Positions 1 through 11,836 of a stretch of 64,000 nt of DNA are shown here, piece by piece; the first letter of the stretch is position 1, and each line of letters starts with the position of its first letter. A program made the translations under genes and the position numbers. The notes beneath the pieces are model-generated. The model saw only the letters and a list, made by a program, of their open reading frames with translations. It did no database searches and had not been told where the DNA came from. Origin of the DNA: Chlorokybus atmophyticus (lineage: Eukaryota > Plantae > Mesostigma and Chlorokybus algae); NCBI GenBank assembly GCA_009103225.1, contig RHPI01000671.1:260838-324837 (forward strand). The letters run 5' to 3'.

Positions 1-1150
1 GCCATCCCCACCACCTCCATCTCCACCGCCACCAGGGCCTCCACCATCCCCTCCACCCCCATCTCCACCTGCACCGCCCCCACCTTCTCCATCACCGCCA
101 CCAAGGCCGCCACCACCAGGGCCTCCACCATCCCCACCACCACCATCTCCACCATCACCGCCCCCGCCACAGCCGCCACCATCCCCTCCTCCACCATCTC
201 CACCTGCAGCATCCCCACCAGGACCTCCACCTTCTCCGCCACCACCATCTCCGCCTTCACCACCACCACCAAGGCCGTCACCGCCACCCCCATCGCCACC
301 ATCACCACCGCCACCAACGCCTCCTCCTTCACCACAACCACCGTCTCCACCTTCACCACCCACACTGTCACCACCGCCGCCATTGCCACCCCCACCCGCT
401 CCAAGACCACCATCACCGCCACCTCCTCCTTCTCCATCCCCGCCAGGTCCGCCACCTTCTCCACCACCTCCAGCTCCACCGCCACCATCATCACCCTCAC
501 CACCTCCTCCATCTCCTCCATCTCCACCCCCTCCGAAGCCATCTCCACCACCGCCACCCCCCACGCCTTCACCGCCGCCGCCTTCTCCCCCACCTCCTTC
601 TCCACCTGCACCGCCCCCGCCAACGCTGTCGCCGCCACCTCCCTCGCCACCACCGCCGAAGCCGTCACCACCGCCGCCATCTCCACCCCCATCACCACCT
701 CCACCAGGTCCTCCACCTTCTCCACCACCTCCAACTCCACCTTCTCCACCGCCACCATCATCACCACCGCCTCCATCTCCACCCCCATCGCCACCTCCAC
801 CAGGTCCTCCACCGCCTCCAGGACCTCCACCTTCTCTACCACCTCCAGCTCCTCCTTCTCCACCCCCACCAACTCCACCGTCACCACCTCCGCCAGGACC
901 GCCATCACCTCCTCCACCTTCTCCACCTTCTCCACCGCCACCGGGGCCTCCACCCACCCCACCCCCATCGCCACCTCCGCCATCCCCTCCATCACCATCG
1001 CCACCTGCATCACCACCACCTTCTCCACCCCCACTCCCTCCTTCTCCACCTCCACCACCTCCACCAGGGCCTCCACCATTTCCACCACCCCCATCTCCAC
1101 CTTCACCACCGCCACCACGGCCCCCGCCCCCGCATTATAGCAGTCCGCCT
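1..1150 (+). repeat. Coding low-complexity (CCN)n/TCN proline-serine repeat
   Basis: Degenerate tandem cca/ccg/cct/tct codons encoding SP3-5 blocks. Confidence 0.95.
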
Positions 1151-1954
1151 CCACCAGGGCGTTTCTGCTGGCGTTGCGAGCACAGAGAGTTTGACGACGT
1201 GCAGTCGTGCTCGCCGGACACCTGGAGCTCAGCCAGGAAGGCGTGCCGGTGGCCCTCGCCTTACAAGTACGGGTCGGCGCGGTATGGAGGCACACTGCTC
1301 GTGGACGCGTTCAAGTGCTCGCGCGGCGATGCGTGCTACAGGTACAGTCTGTTGATATGCTGCCGTCTATTGGCTACAGGTGTCGAGTTCCGGTGCAATA
1401 CCAATAGCACACGCGCGCAAACACGCGTGAACACACGCCCAATCACACATAAATGCACACACATGCCAATGCTTATGAGCTCATGTACGCATGTGTTCGC
1501 GTGCATCTGCATGTAGACGCGCACGCACCTGCATACAGGCATGCACATGTGCTGCTTGAACACTCATAAACATGCCCTACCCTCTATTCCAGGCGCTGTG
1601 GTTTAGCAACACTCAGTGATGCTGCCTCCTACAACCGCGATGGGTTCCTTCAGTCTGCAGCCACAGCGCTGCTGAACGCTGCGCTGCCGTATCAGCGTCA
1701 GCGCCGCGTAGATCCATACCCATACTCAGTCACCGACATCATCAACCAGTTTCACGCATCACTCTACACGTCGGATGAAGACGATGCACAGGCGTTCTGG
1801 AGCTTGTCTTACGAGGTAAGCTTGGCTGCTTTGCAAGGCTGCTGTGCCATGATGCTTTGAGTGGAATGTCTGCTAACTGAGCGTTTGTGAGCAGAGGTAC
1901 GACGAGAACTGCGTTGTTGGAAACTGTTCCAACGGCAATGATGGCTGGCATTAA
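2..1954 (+). CDS. 5'-partial extensin-like (Ser-Pro3-5) hydroxyproline-rich cell-wall protein with a C-terminal PROTODERMAL FACTOR1-like domain
   Basis: The frame is open from position 2 and reads SPPPP/GPPP repeats to ~1150. Exons are ..1341 (donor AG|gtacag), 1593-1815 and 1894-1954 (TAA). The spliced C-terminus reads SCSPDTWSSARKACRWP...GFLQSAATALLNAALPYQRQRRVDPYPYSVTDIINQFHASLYTSDEDDAQAFWSLSYERYDENCVVGNCSNGNDGWH*. This resembles the PDF1 pattern LYREGTASLLNS..FP.T..QV...F..AL....A..QA..F..ANE as I recall it. Confidence 0.8.
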
Positions 1955-3367
1955 CGATGACCCATAGTAAAACTGCTAAGCTACAAATAAATATTGTAGC
2001 ATATACCCAGCGCATGTGTGCATAGTGTAGAGCTAGCAAGCGGCAGCAATAGTGATTGAGTATGCGGCTATAAAGAGAGACGGTATGCGGCTACGCTGCT
2101 TTCAAGGTAAAGACAAGAGTTGCATGAGCAATGTCTGCCTTGCTCTCACAGCTGGAAAGGCTCCACTGCCATGTAACTCGTGTCCTTACATCTCGATATA
2201 GCGCTTGCTCGGGTTCTGATGGCAGATGTTGCCACGAAGTTGAGTCCTTGTTCACTCACGGAGCATGGCCCACCCTGTGCCTCATCAGTTACAAGATTGA
2301 GTGTCTGGGATTGCGCTTACTTTATACCGCACGCCATGATGCATTGCACATGCGCAGTACGTGGTTTTATTGCAAACAGCTATGGAACCCTGCAAACAGT
2401 ACCACTAATCTGCAGCCCTTGATCTGCACCAAGTCCTGTCCAGGATGCTGATGCTAAGGACACAGCATCATGCGCAACTGGTGCTGACCAGTGTTAATCA
2501 ATGCATGGTATACTAACAGGTGCGCATGCCGGTTTAGTGCAAGTGACACTAGACACGGCAGTCACTGCCATATTCCGTGTTTTCTGTTACTTGTCATGTT
2601 CCGCCTTCTCTGGTAGCCACCACAGCACACGTTGAAGATTAATTTGGTTAAACAGCTACCTGGTTGCTGTTGTGTACGCGAGTAACAACACCGGCTCACA
2701 GAACCTACCTATCAAGCTCTGCAGCAGGCATTGGACGCTGTTGGCCTAACAAGCACCATTACGGTTTGCCTATAGTAAAGTGCACAACCAGTTGTAGACC
2801 CATTGCACTGCACCGCAACCGCAAGCAACAGCTGTTTGCCTTCTGCTCAACATGCAATGCTGTCACAGCGACTGCCTGGCGTTCAGCAGCACAGAAAAGC
2901 GCAGGGATATTGTGCGTTCCCAGTGTCAACCCAGACAATGCGCAACTCACCACCGCAGCAGTTTACAAGAATCTCAGGCCACTCCTGTCGGGAGGCTGGC
3001 AGGAATTTATCATCACATCAGACAACGCACACGCGGGGGCCATGCGTGCCGACCAAGTCTGTCTTTAGTATTGAACCTCGTGTGATCATCAGCCTTCTCT
3101 ACGACACCTTACCAGCAGCTGGTAAGGTCACCAGCAGCTGCTCCTCTGTCGCGGCCTGGGTGGTTTTTGAAATACATGCTCCCGAGAGCAAGAGGTGAGG
3201 AGCTAGGAACATCCTCCAACAAACTGACTTTTATGAACAACAGCAACCAGCCTCCAAACAAGCCAGCAAGCAGATGCTTAGGGTGACATACTTGCAACCA
3301 TGCACTCCAACCATTGCAAATGCATAATTTGCGGCTATTCGCATACGCAAGTCATACCAACACACTA

Positions 3368-6300
3368 TCAGGCACCATTCGCATAAACACGCATTCTCTG
3401 CAATTCCGTCTGCGCTTGTCTGTTGTTGGGCTCCAACGCCAAAACGCCCTGGAAATCTGTTACCAAACACAGTCAATGTAACACAACTTCCTGATCACTC
3501 CATGTGGACTTGCAGAGTGCAACACATAGCATTCCTAATGTAAGGGAACACTGGCTGACTGGCTGACTGCAAATTGATGCACGGTATTGCACAGTTATGT
3601 TCGCATGACATGTATGCAACATGCAGTCCACAAGTTAATCGCTGTCAGCATAGCCATAACATGCGCCCACAGCTCTGTTCACATACCCTTTGCGGCCTGA
3701 TCCACCAGTCCAAGCATACTCCGGGCAGTCCCACGTCGTAACAACACCTTCACGTTCTGTACAACACAATAACCCAGAGCATACGGGTGATCAGTGTAAT
3801 GTACTTACGAGCAGCACCAATGCCGCAGTCCGTGACATGTCCAAAGATACACATACTCTGGGGTCGATCTTCATAGCTTTACTGCAATCCTCCTCTGCTT
3901 GTGCATATCTGCCAAATCGCAGTGGTGCAGACTGCTTATACTTCTGCATGAATGTACTGCCCTTGCCCATGATAACACTCCACAAAGGTGTGCTCACCTG
4001 TGCAGCTTAATATACGCCATAGCGCGATTGCCGTAGTAGACAGCATTTTTCGCATCCCTGCTGATGGCAACGGTGTAGTGCTCTATGGCCTCTTCGTACC
4101 TTCCACCGCTGAAGGCTGCATTGCCCTGCACATCAAGCATCAACAGGTTGAGCCACAACCTGAAGCACACATGAACAACATCACAGTACAAAGCATAGAC
4201 TGACCGCATCTTTTGCTTCATCAGCGCTGGATTTTGAGGTGGAGGCTTCCCCAACTATCATGGCTTCTACTTTCCGTGCTGTGGTTGCGGTGGCCGTGGC
4301 TGGGGCAAGCACTGACACTGCATCCAGCAGCAATGCGTCTGCTCCATGCCTTGCCATCAACGATACTGCAAGTGGTGCCCCGGCTCTACTGGAACCCGCT
4401 GGGAAGGAGACCTGTTGGGGGAACAAGCATGCGTTAATGAACATGGCAGCAGCTTCCTCAGCCCTACGACACGTGTTGTGTTGAAGCTGGAGTTCATGGG
4501 CTTGTACCTGGGGTAGACCGCCCATCCCTGCAACGCTGATCAAGACCATTGTCTTTGCTCTGTACGCCTCCAACTTCTTGCTTGGAAGCTTCAGCTTTGG
4601 AGCCGTTCCAGGAGTTGTGGGCAAGCAAAGCACGGTGTCACCCTGCAAGCAACAGTTTGTCAACCTTTCAATACCACGCACTGGTCAGCCACATTCTAGG
4701 GCAATTGGCCAACCTTTAGGAGGTCTGCGAAGAATGCACGGACATCCTGCATTAAGATTTTGACTGCAGCTGCCTCTTCAACTGTGATGGTTTTGCCGAC
4801 TTCAAACCGAGCACGGATGCTTTCTTCCAGGGACGGCCTTGTCTCCTCCAGCCAAGCACCATGAGCAGCCCAAGCCTCAAACCTAGGTGACAGCGTACTA
4901 TTTATCAATATATGTCGAGCAGCTAAGCATATAACAGCAGTAACAGTGCATTACTAAATTAACACACCTTTGCAGTTTACCCATAGCATCCCGTAATGCC
5001 TCCAGTGAACTCTTTCCACTTTCTTGATATGGTTTCAGAGTGGGGATTTTTGCAAGCAACTGCTCCAAGTTAATAGCGACTACAGCCCTGGCTGCAGAAC
5101 AGCAGTATGTCAGAGCGCGCCCAGCACTGAAACTTGCTGACTGACACAGTGGTGCACATAGACCTGCAGCCTCCACATATACACAGGCCACCCTGCATGC
5201 ACAGAGACAATACTGCACCACCATGCCAAAATCGAGCCAGCCACAACTGAACCCCATGGACAGTGATACAGGTATGCCCATCTGCAAACCAACGATGTAA
5301 ACGATCATCACGATGTTTACAAGCTAGTTGCCACCTGAGAGCTCCTTGGTCGCTGCCGCCAGCAAAGCATTGCGCGCGGCTTTGACATCATCATCAACTA
5401 GACCCCACAAATCTTCAGCAATAAGGACTTTTTGCGGCTTACGACCACCTGGCGGCAGACGCAACAGCACGCCTGCCACCTTGCGAAGCACAGCCATGTC
5501 TCTTGCAAACAAGCCTGCAAGCAAGCTGTGTTGACAATATCCACCAACTAACAATGCCAGCCTGACTTACCCATGGCATCAAAACTAGCCGCAAGTGGTA
5601 TGACATTCTCAAGCGGGACCGCATTGTGTGAAGGCCGGAAACCGTATATGCCCGTATATGAGGCAGGTATTCTGACACTGCCCGCAGTGTCAGTGCCTGC
5701 CATGGCAAGGATGAGCTCATTGTTGCATCAAATGCACAGGCAATGCAGTAGCAGCAGAGCGCGCACCTAGTGCAAAATCGCAAAGGCCGGCAGACACAGC
5801 TACAGCAGAGCCACTAGACGATCCGCCAGGTACACAGCCAGGTGCTTTGGGATTGACAGGAGTGCCATAGTGCATGTTTTCCCCGTTGATGCTGTAGGAA
5901 ACAAAGCATGAGGATGCTGCACCAATTGATGAAGAGACACTCCAAGTTCCACGAGGCAATGCAGTACCTTACCTGAACGCCATCTCATCCATGTGAGTGA
6001 TGCCAATGCCCCGGGCACCCGCGGCTCGCAGCGTTTCCACAGCTGGAGCTGTTGTTGACGCCGGTTCATGAGTTTGTCGCCAGTCTGGGTTACCAAAACC
6101 AGTGACCCGTCCCTCAACGTCAAAACTAAGCAGCGAGAGAGGAGTGAGGTCCAGCCCAGCAGCAATCAGTTCAGCAGTTGTTGGGAGCTACTGCTTGCAG
6201 CATGATGCAAACGCTGCAAGCTCACACTACGGTGCTCGCTACAGGCATGATAGCAGCAGCACACTGCGAGATCATGACCTGATGACGGAACGCTCGACAT

Positions 6301-6855
6301 GCATGACTGCAAAGCATTCAGGTCCTTCCAAGACGGAATGTAGAGGATGCCTTTTTTTCATGAAACCACGCTACGCTAAGCAAGCCGTTCAACTGCTTGC
6401 TTCCACGGTATATGGCAAGGCGCACAGCTTGGAGATCTGCATGACACGCAGCACTGCATGCCTGCCATTGGCCGGTATGCATGTTGGGAATGATGTGAAC
6501 TGGACAACTCAGCGAAAGAACGCAGCGTAATACCACCTGCATGCAGCACATGTGATGTTCGACCTTGCATGCAAGCAGCTTACATGTCCTTGATGGCAAA
6601 AGTAAGTCCGGTTAAGGGGGAAGGTGCCATGGGAGGGTTAGGAGGCGGTGGCGGTTCAACGGTCAATCTCTCAATGAAAGCTCCGTAGTCACCATCAGCG
6701 CCAGGAGCTTTCCGCTTAGCTCGCCTGAAAAACAGCGACCAGACGGCCACAGCCACGGCCACCACTCCAGCTGCTGCGAGGGGCAGCTTTGAGCCCCCAC
6801 TGTTCCCTGAACCCCTCCTGATAGGCATCCTGGACCGCGCTGCAGCGGGCGCCAT
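3368..6855 (-). CDS. TOC64: TOC64/OM64-family protein (N-terminal TM anchor, amidase-signature domain, C-terminal TPR)
   Basis: Spliced exons give the TM segment [20 protein letters not shown]. The amidase domain reads [10 protein letters not shown]|[25 protein letters not shown]|[30 protein letters not shown]|[12 protein letters not shown]. TPRs read [48 protein letters not shown] and [15 protein letters not shown], ending RMRVYANGA* (TGA 3370-3368). The start could be the ATG at 6855 or 6828. Confidence 0.93.
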
Positions 6856-7365
6856 CCCCGCCGCCGCCGCCGCCCAGGCAAACCTCGCGCCAGCCCAATG
6901 GCAGAACTCATGCTTACAAAACCCTAATTTGTGCAACCGGTTCTCCCAATCCAGACTTCAACAGTCATTGTCGATCCGGCTCCTGCCTCGGCGACTCGCT
7001 CCCGGCACGTGCGGCAGTGAACTAACCTGAACCGATGGAGTAGCAAGTGATTCACTTTGCAGTGAACTCACAGCTGCTCAGTGAACTGCGCCGCGTGAGT
7101 CGGATGAAACCAAGCGTTTTGATTGGCACTAAGGGACATGGCAGGGACTGTCATTAACCGTTGCTGTCGTGGCTGTGGCTGTGGTGGTGGCCGTTGTCCT
7201 CGTCGTGGGCGTCGGCGGCAGGGTTGTTGAAGGCTCAGGGGTGGTTGAAAACTTTTTCCGAGTCAGAGAGCCTTTTGGTTGGGAGTGGGGTTTTGTGGTG
7301 GAGGATTGGCAGCGTTGAGGGTTTGAGTGGTGCTGCTGCCGCCGCTCAGCTGCTGGCCCCAAGCC

Positions 7366-8371
7366 ATGGCGGAGCAGCAGGAGGAGCACGCCAGGGAGGT
7401 TGGGAGGGGGGAAGAGGATGAGCGCCACGACGAGGGCAATGGCACTATTCGCGAGCAGGACGAGGAAGAGCAGGACGACGGCGAGGACCAGCATGAGGGC
7501 CACGAGGAGGAGCTGGACGGCGAGGCTGCAGGGGATGTGCATGACGATGAGGAGGAGGCCGCCGCCCCGTCCCGCCCCGCCCGGCCCAACGCTGCCGCAC
7601 AGGAGCCTCTGCCGCGGAGCCGCCTCGGCGGCGGAGCAGGCGGATTGCGCCCGCGGGTAAGCAGCAGTCAATAGCAGCAATCAGCCCGACTGCACACCAC
7701 TGGTTACTGCACAGTGAATGCTGCAGTGGTGTGCATTATTACCAGCACACAGTTGGTTGGATCGCAGCTCGCTGTCTGGCAGAAGGTCGTTGAATGCGTG
7801 TTGTGGACGAATTGCAGTTATGTTGTTTAGATAGATATTGAGGTTGTGCTAATGACAGAAGCATTACGCAGGGTGGCATGTCGCTTCAACAGCAGATGGT
7901 GCTCAACAAGTATGGTGGGATGCAGCCAAAGAAGGTTGCTACCAAGGTACAATTGTCAACCGCAACAGAGTGCGTGGTAGCACTGCTATCACGAATGGGA
8001 GGCCAAGTGCGACTTATTGCACACAGGCACAGGAGCGAACGTACTTTGACTCTGCTGACTGGGCGATAGCGAAGGAGAAGGGTGAGAAGGAAACAACCAG
8101 CGAGGTTGAGCATCTAAGCCCCAAGCTTCAGGTGTGTGGCAGCTACACTGTTTGCTGCATGTGACTGGCTTTTTGACTGAACGGATACTCCTTGGCGTCC
8201 GCAGCCATCACCACCCAAGCGGCCAGGAAGGCGCCCTTCTTTTACTGAAGGTATGAGCCAGCACACCAGCATTTACTGCCAGTGCTGCATGTGTGTGCAC
8301 TCTTCTGCGGCAGCGTCTGAATTACATTGGTGTGCGCAGCTGATCAGTCACGCCCAGCCGTGCAGGAGTAA
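7366..8371 (+). CDS. ENSA: Endosulfine / ARPP-19 family (Igo1/2-like) PP2A-B55 inhibitor
   Basis: An acidic exon 1 (7366-~7657) is followed by GGMSLQQQMVLNKYGGMQPKKVATK|AQERTYFDSADWAIAKEKG..LSPKLQ|PSPPKRPGRRPSFTE|AVQE*. It contains the KYGG and FDSADW (Greatwall phosphosite) hallmarks, with GT-AG introns. Confidence 0.92.
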
Positions 8372-9856
8372 GTCCTGTAATGCTGACCCGGTCCAGATGA
8401 GTTTTGTTCAGAATATCAGTCTTGAAATCTGTCTTGGTCCCGCAGCTGCGGGTTGTATATTAGGCCACAGCTTATGTGTAGGCGTTGTCTATAAGCGTGT
8501 TGACGGCTAGTAAGTGCATGCTCCAGTCCTGTGCAGGCACACTGCACTCAGTCTCCAAGAAGCTTGTTTCTCATGCATCTACACAACTGCGTGAGTGCCA
8601 TTGGTTCCTTGCAGCTGCATATCCTCGTACTTGATCATGATAAGGAGCAGGTGTGGCAACGTGTGAAGTGGGGAGAAGGGTGCACATGTTACTGTACACG
8701 CACACAGGGTTGAACCCTTGCGCAAACTCGTGCAAGCCTGTTGTGATACATCATACGCGTGTTGCATGCATGCAAATGTGGGCATGCATTGCACGCAGTC
8801 AATCCCCTCCCGATTATTTGTACAGTAGCTTTGATTGTGATAGTACACACATGTTCGTGCTTGGTTCTAATGACCATGTCGGTTGTTGCGCATCTGCAAT
8901 CTTGATGCTGGCTAAAGAATGCCTCTCCTTTTACCTGTGCTTGACCGTAGGTGAGGTGGAGCAGTATTGTTTTAAACACGATTCGTACGGTGCATGCGGT
9001 CTTCGCATTGTGCAATATGCAACAGCATAACATACATCATGTATACAATTCTTGCCGGTGAGTTCGCAACATCACAACAGAACATTGCATTTTAGCAAAG
9101 CATATTTATATTGTCTTTATATGATAATGAGCCCACTAGCATATTCCTCAATACTATACATCGCATACATGCACATAAAGTTTTGCGCACATGTTTGTAC
9201 GGATATAGATTCCATGTTACGCTTCAACAAACACATTCAAAGGTTAAACACTGCTATCTTGTAATCAAGTAACTAATAAAATCGTTTGATATTAAATATG
9301 GTTGTGTAAATACAGATCAGTTTGCACGCGTTTTGATGCCTAAAACGTTTTGACTTTTTAATTACGCTTATCAATATGATGCATAACAATGCAGCAATTG
9401 CTTGAAACTTAAGTTTAGGGCTTGAGGTTATTAATCGTAAATATGTCAAAAACTTTACGTTACAGCATGGTAGTGTAGATGTACAGCTTTCGCAAATTGG
9501 TGCATGTGGCTCTCTTCAAGAAGAATGTCACTGCATGGTATACATTGCATGCGAGTTAACTTACTTTTAATGTGGCAGCTTATAAGGCTTGATACGACTC
9601 ATGTGTTGCCATGGAGATTAGCATGCAAATGGGTGTAACTTATAGCTTATACCCATACCGCATAAGCATGCGGCTTACGGTCTTACAGATGCTGACGTCC
9701 GCGCAGCCGGCTTGTAGGCAGCGGCGGCCGGCTTTTGACTTGCAGCAAAACAGCCTTCGCTGTGGCAGGCAATTCCTCACTGTCGTAGACCGGGCAACAT
9801 CGCCTGCATATGCAAACGCCTGCGTACGACCGCCTGCTGGCCGCCGGCGTTAGACA

Positions 9857-9865
9857 AAACCCTAG
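9857..9865 (+). promoter_or_regulatory. Telo-box (AAACCCTAG) in the RPL41 promoter/5' region
   Basis: Exact AAACCCTA motif ~100 bp upstream of a ribosomal protein ATG, a known plant translation-machinery promoter element. Confidence 0.7.
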
Positions 9866-9959
9866 CGCGCACACATTGGCAGCCTCTCTCTACACATCGG
9901 GGTCGTCAGCCGCCGCTGCCGCCGACAGAGCCGCAGCCCCCCCTTTCGGGCGCGTCACC

Positions 9960-10302
9960 ATGCGCGCCAAGGTGCGTTGGTTGCGTTGACATGTGTGCGT
10001 TGTTCTATTCATGTGAGAGCTTGAAGCATGGATGGGCAGCTATGTTTCCATTCGTGCGTTGAGTGCTGGACTGCTACCATGTACGAATGTGAGGGCTGAT
10101 TGCGTTTCTGCATGGCTTCTCCTGTGTTACGCTTCTCCTGAGAGCAATCGGCTTGTGCTGTGTGCAGTTGGCGTGCTGTTATGAGGTCGTAGCGTTAGCT
10201 GTGTACATGATCTGATCGATTGCGCGCAATTTGCAGTGGAAGAAGAAGCGCATGCGCCGTCTCAAGCGCAAGCGCAGAAAGATGAGACAGAGATCCAAGT
10301 AG
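9960..10302 (+). CDS. RPL41: Ribosomal protein eL41 (25 aa)
   Basis: Exon 9960-9971 (ATG CGC GCC AAG|gt) plus exon 10237-10302 gives [25 protein letters not shown], the canonical eL41 sequence. It is absent from the ORF track. Confidence 0.98.
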
Positions 10303-10940
10303 ACGGGTCCTGTCGACCGCTACGCCGGCACCTCCGCTGCAAGAGAAGACTCGCCTCTGCCTTTTTCTGGCCTCGACATTTGAGCAAAGCTTCACAAGTC
10401 TCTTGATCAGACTTGGGTTTGGTACATTGCTAGTGGTCAACAGCCGGTAGCTGGCAGCTGCTGTTATCGATGATGCTGGGTCGTGGAACAGATGCTTTGC
10501 ACAATACAATGTCCACCAGTGCAATGGCGAAACGCTGTACACTGCTGTCACCGTATGTTTTGCCCTTGTCGGCTGGGACTAATGATTTCGCCCAAGTTAG
10601 AGAGGCATCATACCTTTTGTGTACAATGCGTGGTAATATCTTGGTAGCTGCTACAAGTACAACAGCTATCATGTGTGATATTCGTTCAAATCTTACAGCA
10701 AGTTGTGTAAATGGTGTCTACTTGACAGAAAGCAACAGCTCAAGTCTGCCCTCGCCACGTTTTTCATACACCTCATCTGCTTTTGATCTTGTATGTTACC
10801 TGTAATAGTCCTGTTCTTAAAATTCAGCTCGCATGGTGTACAAAAGAACGGTGAGGGAACTGTGTGCGCATTGTCTTAGTGCATACCTCATTCTATTGAA
10901 TGCACGAAGAATCTTGCTTTGGCCATGTGCAATGCACGTT

Positions 10941-11395
10941 TCACTCAGCGTTGTCTACTGAGTGAGCCAGGTTGTACGCAAGTCTTGACAAACAATTGTA
11001 GCACACTGACAGGGTTGGGCAGTAGAGTAGTGAAGTAGGTAGTGGTAGGTAGTGTGTACCTAGCCCGGTGGTTGTGATAGAGGTGAGTGTGGTTGTCGTT
11101 AAGTGTCCATGCATGTGTCGTGCATGTTGCATACATCATGTGCATATTCTGTACACCATTGCATGCATAGCGGGCCTCCTGGTGGCATTGCAGGGAGATT
11201 AAGATATGCTCGTTGCAAGTATTAATGTTATAGCGTTGCAAGCTATCACTCAACGTTGTCCACTCAGCGAGTCAGGTTGCACGAAGTCTTGACAAACATT
11301 TGTAGCACACCATTGCACACATAGCGGATCTGCCGGTGGGATTGAGACCAATCATGCTCGTTGCAAGTATTGACGTAATAGCCATTGCAAGCCAT
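10941..11395. repeat. Diverged interleaved direct repeats (A-x-B-A-B, units ~65 and ~88 bp)
   Basis: tcactcagcgttgtc..gtcttgacaaacaattgtagcacac occurs at 10941 and ~11246. accattgca..atagcgg..atgctcgttgcaagtatt..tagc..ttgcaagc occurs at ~11155 and ~11310. Confidence 0.85.
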
Positions 11396-11614
11396 TTTGC
11401 CATAGACAAAGCCATTTCAAAGAATGGTAAAAACAAAGATTAAGCATTACCACAATCAGCACTGCATACAGGTAGTTGCCAATGTGCGCATATAGTACTC
11501 GTGATTGCCACTGCCCGTGCTTGAATGAAGGCTTTCTTACGCATGCGTGCGTGCGTGTACAAAAGGTATATGCTATCATGTTGCCTATACTATCACATGC
11601 ATCAATGCGACAGT

Positions 11615-11836
11615 TGCATGCATGGTGTACAAATGCCACAAGCTGCACACCTTACACACACGCACCTTTTCACACACCTTTAACACGACTATTGGGCCAA
11701 ACTACGATAACCTACTCTGCCACTGCTGCATGCATGGTGTACAAATGCCACAAGCTGCACACCTCACACACACGCACCTTTTCACACACCTTTAACACGA
11801 CTATTGGGCCAAACTACGATAACCTACTCTGCCACT
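11615..11836. repeat. Near-perfect tandem duplication, 112-bp unit x2
   Basis: tgcatgcatggtgtacaaatgccacaagctgcacacc..ttgggccaaactacgataacctactctgccact starts at 11615 and 11727. I saw one mismatch. Confidence 0.95.

Noticed and set aside
2640-3200. Short frames including YLVAVVYASNNTGSQNLPIKLCSRHWTLLA* (ApaG-like SRHW) and LTEPTYQALQQALDAVGL
   Set aside because: A stop immediately follows the motif and no consistent exon chain could be built. This is most likely the convergent 3' UTR region of the extensin and TOC64 genes.
7129-7680. 183-aa minus-strand ORF with long Leu/Val hydrophobic stretches (looks like a membrane protein)
   Set aside because: It is the antisense shadow of the GAG/GAC-rich acidic first exon of endosulfine; the plus strand has the splice sites and family motifs.
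9972-10236. Possible intronic snoRNA in the RPL41 intron
   Set aside because: No C-box (RUGAUGA) with paired termini was seen, and no clear H/ACA hairpin pair.
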